Source: an uncultured Armatimonadia bacterium | GTDB lineage: Bacteria; Armatimonadota; Zipacnadia; CAVVLO01 | Direction of reading: 5' to 3' | Length of the DNA stretch: 64,000 bases | NCBI GenBank assembly: GCA_963749155.1 | Contig: CAVVLO010000002.1 | Span: 288,001 to 352,000 of the forward strand | Part shown: one piece after another, positions 8,466 through 18,107 of the stretch | Numbering within the stretch: the first letter of the stretch is position 1 | Layout of the letters: the number at the start of each line of letters is the position of its first letter | The notes under the pieces: generated by a model | Told to the model about the DNA's origin: nothing | What the model saw: the letters and a program-made list of their open reading frames with translations, nothing else | Database searches by the model: none | Made by a program: the position numbers and the translations under genes

Positions 8466-11400
8466 ATGAGCATCCTCAAAGGGCTAGTCTGTATTCTGGC
8501 AGTCTTCACCTTGGTCTGGCCTGCCTATGCCGAGGGGTGGCTGCTTTTCGATGATATGGAAGGAAGCAAAGCCAGTTGGACGGCAGAAAGGGGCACTGCG
8601 GCTAACATACGCACAACGACCGAGCAAGCGCATTTGGGCAAACGAAGTCTTGCAGTGACACTGCTGCCCCAGCAAGAGGGCCGTATGGTCAGGGCGGACT
8701 GGATGGCCGAACTTGGCGACGTGGCGTTGACATCCGACTCACGCGTTCGCTTCTGGATGAAGGGCAGTCCTCTGGCAAAGGCCCCTCATGGCGGCATCCT
8801 CCTGGTTGAGAGAGGGGGTAAAGTCGGAGGTGGAGATTCTCACTGGATGCTGGAGCTGCCTGGGGAGCTCTACTCGAGCAAAAACTGGACCAGGTTTCAA
8901 ACCAAGCCAGTGGCGCAGGCAAATAATCCCGAATGGGCGCCTGATGCCAATGGTACGCCTGACCTGGATGCCATCGTGGCGTTGTTGTTCGTTGCCCAGG
9001 AAGATGGGCCGGGCGAACACCTGCAATATACGGTCTTCTTCGATGAGGTGGAACTGAGTGAGACAGGGGTAGTCGAACCGCATTACACCGAGGCCACGGT
9101 CCAGCCTCAGCCTGACCGCATAACACCCATCTGGCGAGGTTTTCAGGGACGCGAAGAGAGAGTATCCAGTAGCCATTGATTTTACTGATATCACGGGCTG
9201 GCGGGCTGCAACCTGGGGCGAGGCGGGTATCACGATGCAACGCTCCGAGGAGGAGCCCTGCTATGAGGATTTACGCTATCAGGCGAAGCTGACCTATTGG
9301 TGCAAGCGCGGACCGGCGCGGTATGCGCTCATCCCGCCCCAGCCAGTCAAGGTAGAAGGCCCGGCTCAATGCAGTTGTCGCGTGGGTCTGGGGCAACAAC
9401 TGGGACTGGATGCCTCACGCCGACACGCCCTCGGTCTATATCTGGGTCAGCCTGGTAGACAGCACCGGGCAGCATCACAGGTTGAACCTGGGCATCGTAA
9501 ACTTTAGATTTTATGGGATGCTGCACAAGCGGGTACGAGACAATCCCTTTGGTGATCCGGGTCACAGGTTTTGGGGAGGGGCGGGAGATGGCAAGCTGCA
9601 CGCGCCCTTTTCCGTTGAGCGTATCGAGATCGAGAACGGCAGCAATCCCGAGCCTCGGACTATCTATCTGGAGTCGGTAGCCTTCTTCCAGGACGATATG
9701 GAATTGCCCGAGTTTCGTCCGGAGCTGATTGAGAAGCTGCCCTTCCCGACAACAACAAAGACTATCACCCCTAATGTGAGGCAGGTTGCCAACCCCAGCG
9801 TGAGGCAGGACGGAGCGGCCTGGGTGCTGACATCAGAAGGCGATGAGAGGCTCACCTGGCGTTATGAGCCAGCGACGGGCACCTTGTCCGACCTGGGTGT
9901 GAAGGTAGGCGAGAAGGCCAGCTTCATCCCCTGCGCCGGTGGCGGACCGACCGTGCTACTGGCAGGACAAGAATATGTGGCAGGATCATCTCAGCTTGGG
10001 CGTGAACTGCTCTCGGCCATAAAGGAAGGCAACGGCGTCAGGGCAAACTGGCGAGTAAGCGCAGGCGGGGAGAGCACCGAGTATAGCTTGCGACTGACAG
10101 TAAGTGGCAAGTCACTTATTGTGGACTGGTCGTCGCCAGAGGCGAAGGTCACGAATCTCTCACTTGGCCGGGCCGAAGGGCTCAAAGCGCCACAGCTCTT
10201 CCGGGTGCCCTATCTGGTCGTGATGCGCGACATCCCGCAGGTGTTACTGGACCAGGAGGTCTTCTGCCTGACTTTGCTGGACTGGTACAACACCGAGAGC
10301 TCAGGATTGAACTGGATTGAGTGTGGAGTAAGGAGCGATGGCACGGCGGTGATGAACGGGGGCAGTTATTATATGCCCCTCACCGATGGCACTCGCAATC
10401 GGCTGGGAGAGAGGCAGTTCATCAATGTGTCGAGTGACTTCCTCGAGGTGCTGCCGAATATCCCCAATCCCCCCTCGGACCAGCGCGAAGTGCTGAAGAC
10501 CCATCTTTATTGCCATGTGGGCGGGGTGTCGGTGAGCAGGTTCCAGGAGTGGTTGAAGCTTTGGCAGGGCTACAAACGGCGCGGTATCGACAACGTGCTG
10601 ATGACCCACCACGAGGATGCCTGGAGTAATGGCAACGATGTTGGGCAAGGCCAGCAGGAATATACCTTCACTACCGAGGCAGCGCCGGAGATCGGTGATG
10701 AGCAGCTGATCGAGTATTGCAGCGCAGTAAAAGAGCTGGGCTGGCATGTAGGGCTATACGAAAACTTCACCGACTACAATCCTCTGGGCAAGTCGTGGGA
10801 CATCCGCAACGCGTCCCGGCAGTCGACAGGAGAGTTGCTACGCGTTTGGCCACCGACATATGCCCCCAATCCGTTAAAAGCCTTGGAGGGAGCGCTCTAT
10901 TACCCGAGGGCAATCAGGGAGAAGTTCGGCTGCAATACAGCCTACCGCGATTGCCATACAGCTTTTGTGCCCTGGGGAGAGGTCGACTTCCGCGCAGGCA
11001 CGCCTGGAGCGGGCAAGTTTAGTACCAACTTCCGGGCCTGGGGAGCCTTGCTGGACGATGGGAGCGCCGCCTATGAGGGGCCGGTGGTGAGTGAAGGGCT
11101 GCATCAATGCTACCTTGCCGGGCTGGTCGATAGCAGTTATGGACAAATCAACTTGAGCGGAGCTGAGAAGTTATCCGTTGCTGGTGGACTTCGGCGTGCG
11201 CAAGCTGAACAAGCTCGGGGCCGATGTGGCGATGTCTCCCAGTTGGGTATGGGGGCGGGGACTGTACAACTCGATGGCGGCGTCCATCGCCTACGGGCAT
11301 ATCGGCTACCTGCCGCCCACCGGTAACACCGAGGCTGGTATCTATTATTACCTGATGCAGCAGTTGCAGAATCGCTATGTGATGGAACCTGTGGAGAGCA

Positions 11401-11942
11401 TCCTGTATCACCAGGCTGGCCGGCTGGAAGACGCTTCTCAGGCCCTTAAGTCGGGCGCGTGGGAGAACAGTCAGGTGCTAATCAGCTATGAGAACGGCCT
11501 CGAAGATCGCGTTAACTGCAACCCGGAGCAGGTTTGGGAGGTCGAACTTGGAGGCAGGCCTTATAGCCTGGCGCCGGATTCCTGGGCGGCTGTGCAGGGC
11601 GACGGATTCGAGACTTGTTGCACGGTAGAGGAGGGGCACAGGGTTGGCTGGCTGGTGGCGCCCGAGTATCGTTTCTACTGGTCTGAGGGTGTCCTGCGTG
11701 ATTTTGGCGAAGTCGAGACGGACGGCGGGGTAGTATTTCGTCTGCAGCCGGACAGAAGTGAGGAGCTGATTGTCATCAGGCCTTTCAGCAGCCTGAAGCT
11801 AGGCGGCCAGGTAGTAGTGACCGAAGCGCTGGGTGAGCAGAGAGAAGCACTAGGGCCGGTAGCGACTCAGCAGGATGGAGATAGAGTGCTGGTGACACCG
11901 GTTGCAGGCGCTGTGTCGTACCTCCTGAAAGAGCAGGATTAG
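8466..11942 (+). CDS. large secreted multidomain protein with N-terminal CBM-like jelly roll and C-terminal glycosidase-like TIM barrel (frameshifts at ~9165, ~9365, ~11170)
   Basis: Signal peptide (AYA-E); ORFs 8466-9179, 9235-9507 (part), 9410-11326 and 11178-11942 abut in shifted frames to give one ~1150 aa protein. Trp-rich motifs WVWGNNW, YENFTDY, YRDCHTA, VSEG. Confidence 0.6.
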
Positions 11943-11954
11943 GAGCGAGCCGAT

Positions 11955-14026
11955 ATGAGGCTAGTTTGCGCGCTACTGGTGATGTTTGCTCTGGCAGGGG
12001 CTTTCGCCGCAGACCCAGTCGAAGTGCCAGTACCCCGGCCGGAGCCGCTACTGGCGATGGACCTGGGCGGGGGGCTTTCGAGCTACATCATCAGTTCTCA
12101 CCTGTGGACGGGTTGGGCGCGGTATCTGGAGACCGTGCCAGCGAAGCGTCTGCTTGAAGGTATCGGGAGCTGGACAGCTATCCAGAATCTTCAGAATCCC
12201 GAGGAGGCTGAAACCCGCCTGCCAGTGATGCACGATTATGGCATCGGTGTATTCCGTTACGAGATCGGCTGGGGCAATGTCGCCTTCAACGAGGACGAGG
12301 GCCAGCCCGCGCGGCTGAGATCCGGACGTCGAGGTTCGCTATCGAGCGGTGCTGCAGTCGGCAAAACGCCATGGCTTCAGGCTGATAATGCTGCTGAACG
12401 CCCATCAGGGGGCGGGTTGCCCGCTGGCTTTCTTTGGCAGCAGGTTGATGGAAGCCGCGCCCAAGGGCGCCACGGAGCTGACACTGCTAGTAGACCGGCC
12501 CGAACTGCTAAAAGTGGGCTACAGCGGCATCAACGGGCTGACCGACTACTGCGCCGCCGAAGGGCTGTTCACCAGTATACAGCACCTGCCAGCCGCCGAT
12601 GCGAACGCTTATCGAGTGACCCTTTCCAAGGCCCTGCCGCGCGACTATGCGGTCGACGAGCAGGTCGGGCTGGCGCGGCTTCAGTATCGGCCTTTCGGTG
12701 ATCCGGACATCGGATGAAGCGACCTATGCAGGTTGGGGCAAATACGCCGACCTGCTGGCGCGCATCGCCTCGGAGGAAGGCCTAACGGACGGGCAGGTGG
12801 ACTTTGAGCTTTGGAATGAACTCACTTTCGGGACGATGTTTCTGTCTATCCACAACTACGATGCGACGCTTGAGGGCGGAGCGGACATCAACCGGATGAT
12901 GCAGCTTGGGGCAGAGGTGATCCGTAAATATTACCCAGATAAAACTACCGTCATCAATGGGTTCGCCAATACGAGCTTCTTCTTCAACGGCTTCTGGGGG
13001 AGCGCAAGGCCAGCAGGAGTGGACGGGGAGAGCTATCATCCCTACGGCAACACGTGGCGGCAATTCCCTGACTACGCGGTGAGCAAAGACAACCACCTGG
13101 TGGAAGGCTTCCGCAACCCCGAGGGCTTTGTACCGGCATATGGCACTCTCTACCCAGAATATAAAGGCACCTACATCGCCTCCCACTCGCCCCTCTGTCT
13201 GATGCAGCCGGAGCTGCGCGAAGCGCTGGTGGCAACGGGCCATGCGCCAGAGGGCTGGAAACGTGGCTTTACGGAGGATGGCATATTTCTGCCCGAGGTG
13301 AACGCGCCCGAGCCCTATGCAAACAAGCTGCGGGAAAGGCCAGAATACTACGTCTCCAAATGGCTGCTGCGGCTGTATCCCTTCTTCCTGAACAAAGGGC
13401 TGAGCTATGTCTGCGATGGGTCTCTGCGTAATCCTGGCGACTGGGCCGAAGGGTGGGAGGCAAAGTTCTGGGAGAGTGGAGATGAGCAGTATCTGGCAGC
13501 GCTGCTTCCGGTCAGACGCCTGACCAAGCTGCTGGCTGGGGCTGAGGATATACAGGACGATCGGCTGATCCAACTGCATCCGAAGGTGACTCAATTGACG
13601 GGCCAGGAGAAGGTTGTCTTTGGTACCGAGGGGGCCTACCTCATCCAGCGCGGGGCGGAGGGCAGGTCCTGGGATCCGACAAAGATTGACGTCAAGCCTC
13701 TCTCATATGCCGACAGCTTCTGCATGCTGCCCTTCCAGCTCGATGATGATTCACTGGCGGTGGGGCTGTACATCCAGACGCGCAATGTGCTGGAGGACGT
13801 CGAAGAGGCCGGCAGGTACCGTATCACTTTCGCCGACCTGCTGGGCGAGGAGAGCGCAGTGCGTTGCTTGGACCCGTTGAAGGACCAGGAAGTGCCACTC
13901 GAGCTCGAGTGGAAGTCAGAAGAACTGAACGTGACCCTTACACTGACCGATTATCCCGTCTTCCTGCTGCTAGATGGGGTAGATGGCCCGCGTGGCCTGG
14001 GGCCGCTGACGGCAACCTTGAGGTGA
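11955..14026 (+). CDS. secreted clan GH-A-like glycoside hydrolase (frameshifts at ~12320 and ~12710)
   Basis: Signal peptide (AFA-A); FRYEIGW, DFELWNE (acid/base-like), SYHPYG, FTEDG (nucleophile-like); three overlapping ORFs join. Confidence 0.55.
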
Positions 14027-14031
14027 GCTAG

Positions 14032-16458
14032 ATGAAAACAGTTTTACTGCTTATGGTTTTAGTGCTTTGCGTGGCTGGAGCTTGCTTGGCTGAACCTATT
14101 CAGCCGAGTGAAACCTGTCCCGGACTTTTCGTATTCCAGGGCAAGGACGCGGTCAAGCTGATTGGCTACGACTATTATGACCTGTTCGCCTCTCCCAAGG
14201 TGCCAGCCGGTCTGGATTGGCGGCGCGGCGAGAAGGCTTACTATGAGGAATTCCTCGATATGCTGGCCGAGAACGGCTGCAACTTCACGCGGATATTCGC
14301 CATTACGGGATGGACCAATGACAGGATGCCCTGGCGGCGTATATCGGGCCCCGGCGACCTCATCAAGCAGACCATTGACCATCCTGAGGGAGAGCGTTAT
14401 GCGCTGCTGGATTTGTCCAGGTGGGATGGCGTTTACTGGCAGCGGGTGAGGCGGACGCTGGAGTATGCAAGCAAGCTGGGGATTGTCTTCGAGATATGCC
14501 TGGTGGATGAGTGTGGGCTGGAATCAGGGCCTGGAGACAGGCGCTGGCCGCTGCATCCCTTCAATCCAGAAAATAATCTGCCGGGCACCCTCGGCAGGGC
14601 GATGATTGAAGGGGGCCATAAAGATGGCCTGCCTCAAGCTTATGACCTGGAGAACAAAGCGCTGGTGGGGATGTATGAAAGGTATCTGGCCAAGTGGATT
14701 GAGGAGACTCGCGGGCTGGACAATGTCATCTTCGAGCTGGGCAATGAGACGACCTCGGGGATTGCCTTCCAGCAGTGGATGGCGCGGAAACTACGCGAGC
14801 TAGGGTGTCAGTTCCCAATCGCGGCCAATGTGTTCGTGGATGAGGAACAGGTCTACAACCTGCCCGAGGTGGATTTGATTGCGACCCATGGGAAGAAGAC
14901 CCCCGATGAGGTGCGCAGGTGGGCGGTCGACTGGCGGACCAGATTTCCTGGCAAAGCTCTTATGCTGGACAGTGACGGCTGGTACGACTCGGAAGAGACC
15001 TGGCCCAACACCATCGCGGCGGCGCAGACGGCGCTGGACCTGGATTGCCACTTCAACCATAAGGCGCGGGGCCGGCAGCAAGTGGGGCCGAACGGCGAGC
15101 TATTTATCCAGTTGATGAAGGGGCTTAGACCAGATGCAATAGCCCTGGGTTTATTCCTCGAGGAGATGCCCACCACCCTGCCGCCGGGAGTGCGCGAACG
15201 CCAGTTTGAACTGGCCCAGCCAGTGCCGGAAACGGGTGGTGGGCTGTTCGCGCACGAGCTGAACGGTGATGGGAAACTCGACCTGGTCATCACCAGCGAG
15301 GGCCATGTCGGCGCTTATGACCACTCGGGCAAGCTGCTGTGGGTTAAGGAGATTCCTCTTTACCTGTTTGAATATACGCACCATCCAAGCGCGGTCGCCG
15401 GCGACCTGGATGGCGATGGACAGCAGGAAGTAGCCCTTCTCACCACTGCCAAGGAATTGGTAGTGCTGGACGGGCGGACCGGAGAACTGGAGAAGACGCT
15501 GAAAGGCCTGGGTGAACCCATCGCCTTCGCTGTGGCGAACCTGCGCGGCCTGGGCGACCGAGACATCATACTGCAGTATGACCTTACGCACCTGCGGGCA
15601 ATCAAGGCCGAGGACGGCGGCACGCTGTGGGAGACAAACGAATATCGGGCGATAGAGCATAGCCCGCTGCGGCAGGCGGATCTGGATGGAGACGGACTTG
15701 ACGAGGTAGCGGGAGCGACGCTGATAGACCACGATGGCAAGCGGATGCACGAGTGGGAACTCGAGACGCGCCACGATTCGATGGACTCGATCGTTATAGC
15801 GGATGTCATCCCGGGTGGGCCGCTGGAGGTGGCGATGGCCGAGCAGCGGGGCGCAAACTCGCGCACTGTCGTTATCAACCAGGAGGAGATCCTCTGGTGC
15901 CAGCTCAATCCGTGGAACTGGGAAGATCCCGACAAGCTGGCGATCGGCGACTTCGATCCGGGCCGGCCGGGGCTCGAGGTGTTCAACCGGTCCTCGGGCG
16001 GGGACGGGGTCGCTCCGCGCGGCAGAGAAGAGCCATATCGGTATGAAGAGGCGCCGTGGGTGTTCGACTCGGCGGGGCAGCTACTCGCCAGGTACTACAT
16101 CAACGACAGCAAGCCAGCCTGGTGGACGGGGCATGGGATCGAGGAGATTTCCAGGATCGACTGGGACGGTGATGAGCGAGACGAGTTGGCGGCGCAGGAG
16201 CGCCACAAGGCGGGCGCGGGAGCCATACTCGATGCGCTGACGGGTAGATTCGAGGTCATCTTCCCTGCGAAGTCGGTACGCCTCTACGCGGTGGACTTCG
16301 AGGGCGATAGCCGCGAGGAGGTTATTATCCTGGACGAGGCGGGAGTGGTCCGGATCCTTTCCAACGCCAATCACAACCCGCACCCAGCCAAACCGAGCCC
16401 GTGGACTCGTAGCGAGTATCGGCGCCAGAAGCAAAACTGGAACTACTACTCGCCGTAG
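14032..16458 (+). CDS. secreted fusion of a GH5-like TIM barrel and an FG-GAP/VCBS beta-propeller (PL11 rhamnogalacturonan-lyase-like)
   Basis: Signal peptide; NFTRIF, HPFNPENN, VIFELGNE; C-terminal half with repeats ELNGDGKLD, DLDGDGQQE, DLDGDGLDE, GDFDPGRPGLE, DFEGDSREE. Confidence 0.65.
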   Translation: MKTVLLLMVLVLCVAGACLAEPIQPSETCPGLFVFQGKDAVKLIGYDYYDLFASPKVPAGLDWRRGEKAYYEEFLDMLAENGCNFTRIFAITGWTNDRMPWRRISGPGDLIKQTIDHPEGERYALLDLSRWDGVYWQRVRRTLEYASKLGIVFEICLVDECGLESGPGDRRWPLHPFNPENNLPGTLGRAMIEGGHKDGLPQAYDLENKALVGMYERYLAKWIEETRGLDNVIFELGNETTSGIAFQQWMARKLRELGCQFPIAANVFVDEEQVYNLPEVDLIATHGKKTPDEVRRWAVDWRTRFPGKALMLDSDGWYDSEETWPNTIAAAQTALDLDCHFNHKARGRQQVGPNGELFIQLMKGLRPDAIALGLFLEEMPTTLPPGVRERQFELAQPVPETGGGLFAHELNGDGKLDLVITSEGHVGAYDHSGKLLWVKEIPLYLFEYTHHPSAVAGDLDGDGQQEVALLTTAKELVVLDGRTGELEKTLKGLGEPIAFAVANLRGLGDRDIILQYDLTHLRAIKAEDGGTLWETNEYRAIEHSPLRQADLDGDGLDEVAGATLIDHDGKRMHEWELETRHDSMDSIVIADVIPGGPLEVAMAEQRGANSRTVVINQEEILWCQLNPWNWEDPDKLAIGDFDPGRPGLEVFNRSSGGDGVAPRGREEPYRYEEAPWVFDSAGQLLARYYINDSKPAWWTGHGIEEISRIDWDGDERDELAAQERHKAGAGAILDALTGRFEVIFPAKSVRLYAVDFEGDSREEVIILDEAGVVRILSNANHNPHPAKPSPWTRSEYRRQKQNWNYYSP

Positions 16459-16524
16459 GGGGCCGGCCAGGATACCAAACGCGAAGCCAATTGGGGGCCT
16501 GCCCGCCGCGCCCCCCTAATCACG

Positions 16525-16554
16525 TGTTTCGGGAGCTTGCTCCCGAAACCAACC
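16525..16554 (-). repeat. REP-like palindrome, copy 1
   Basis: GTTTCGGGAG-CTTG-CTCCCGAAAC + CAACC (GTTG tetranucleotide on the minus strand). Confidence 0.7.
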
Positions 16555-16578
16555 CTTGCCTTTGCCCTTTCTCGCTGG

Positions 16579-16608
16579 TGTTTCGGTACTTCAGTGCCGA
16601 AACCAACC
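16579..16608 (-). repeat. REP-like palindrome, copy 2
   Basis: GTTTCGGTAC-TTCA-GTGCCGAAAC + CAACC. Confidence 0.7.
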
Positions 16609-16668
16609 TGCCGGACTGCAAATAAAAGCTTAAGCAGATTACACAAATCGAAATACCACATTAAGCAC

Positions 16669-16697
16669 TTGACACCTGGATTGTTACGCGATAAGAT
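16669..16697 (+). promoter_or_regulatory. sigma70-type promoter
   Basis: TTGACA-17 nt-TAAGAT, followed by an AGAGGAG RBS and ATG 16791. Confidence 0.55.
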
Positions 16698-16812
16698 AAA
16701 TCTGGACTTCCAACAACATGCCCTTTGGCCGGGGCGAAGCGACACTCGAAGCAGCAAAGATGCATATCTTTGACTCAAGAGGAGTTGCCAATGAAACAAA
16801 GGCTCCAAGTAG

Positions 16813-16830
16813 CCCCCCCCCCCCCCCCCC
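16813..16830. repeat. C18 homopolymer
   Basis: 18 consecutive C starting 22 nt after ATG 16791. Confidence 0.95.
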
Positions 16831-16986
16831 GCGGCTAGTGGCTGCCCGTCGCACGGCCCACCCTTGCCTGTAGCCTTTTCCTTACGTTGGTTCAGGAGTG
16901 CAAGGCTCTGAATACCTTATCTCGCTTGAATTGATATGCCCCACCGAACTACCCGAAGCCAAGTGCTTCGCGGAGGTGTGAACCAG

Positions 16987-17926
16987 ATGAAGACTGTAAT
17001 GATTCCAGTTCCTCTGCTGGCTCATCTGCTTGATCTTCACTGCAGTGGCCATCTGTGCAGATGCTGACACTGCGGCCCACGTGTCCTTAACTGACGATGT
17101 CTTCGCGCGCCTCGCAGCAGTGTACTGGCAGCTATGGCCACGCGAGGCGAGGCTCGCACGCAGTACCGGAGCATGGCACGCCAGTCGGACGGCAGGTCGC
17201 TTGGCGACAGGCTACTGCTAGATACGCGCGTCAGATGCCGCGACTGTCCAAGGTGCTACGCTGGGCCAGAGTGATCAGGGCCAATCTGCCTTCAGAAGGT
17301 TGCAACAGGAGACGCCAATACCGGCAGGCGTGCTTCAAAGCCGTTAATGCGACTGGCTCCACGGCGCGGAGCCAGCTGCCGATACAGATGTCGCGAGCGA
17401 TCTGCCAGCCGTAACAGTGCTCCGTGCACTCTGCTCGAGTACCAGACGAGGCTTGTCGACAGGCGATTCTGCGGATCGAAGCATGTTATTGAGGCGCCGC
17501 AGAGCACGGCTCGGAGTGCCGAGAGGGAGCCAGTCTGGGCTAGCTCGATTGCTCGCAAGCGCTTGTCGCACTGGCGGTGCAACCAGCGCCAGCGTCGCCC
17601 CAGTAGCCTGTCTCGCGGAGCAGCTATCTGGCCCAGCTGCTTCGCAGTTACGACGGGCTAGCGCAGTGGCTTGGCGGCAAGCCTGACCTGGGACAAGGCC
17701 GCAGAGACGGGACGACTAAAGCTCGAAGGCGACACCTGGGCCTTCAAGCTCGGTTCGCGTGACGGTCGCGAGTAGTTCTGGCAAGCGAATCGAACTGCCT
17801 GCGACTGTAAAAATGTATGACGGCCGCCTGCGAGTTCCGCTGGAGGCGCTGAGGATCGCGGGCACGGTGAAATGGGATTCCACCACCCGCATCGCCTGGT
17901 TCACGCCGCAAGCAAGGCTAAACTGA
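16987..17926 (+). pseudogene. multiply frameshifted secreted protein ending in a copper-amine-oxidase N-terminal-like (stalk) domain
   Basis: GGAGG RBS and ATG 16987; signal-peptide-like CLIFTAVAICA; 3' end reads IELPATVKMYDGRLRVPLEALRIAGTVKWDSTTRIAWF...TGA(17924-17926). Confidence 0.5.
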
Positions 17927-17955
17927 AAGCTGAAGGGTGCAGGGGTAGAACCCCT

Positions 17956-18016
17956 GCACCATCGATTTTTTTATCGGCGCCATCGATTTTCTTATGTGCA
18001 CCATCGATTCCTTACC
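17956..18016 (+). repeat. three 21-bp tandem direct repeats, GCRCCATCGATTYYTTA
   Basis: GCACCATCGAT at 17956, GCGCCATCGAT at 17977, GCACCATCGAT at 17998; exact 21-nt period. Confidence 0.8.
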
Positions 18017-18017
18017 A

Positions 18018-18048
18018 AAAGCCCCGGAGCTTCGCGCTCCGGGGCTTT
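18018..18048. terminator. bidirectional intrinsic terminator
   Basis: AAAGCCCCGGAGC-TTCGC-GCTCCGGGGCTTT between convergent genes. Confidence 0.8.
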
Positions 18049-18077
18049 GTCGGTTTCGGGAACGAGTTCCCGAAACA
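18049..18077 (+). repeat. REP-like palindrome, copy 3 (inverted relative to copies 1 and 2)
   Basis: GTCG + GTTTCGGGAA-CGAG-TTCCCGAAAC + A. Confidence 0.7.
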
Positions 18078-18107
18078 CATGAGTAGGAGGGCAGGGCTTT
18101 CTGTTTT

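Noticed and set aside
16525..16608. Mini CRISPR array (two 30-nt palindromic repeats with a 24-nt spacer)
   Set aside because: Only two diverged copies plus a distant inverted one, and no cas genes; REP-like fits better.
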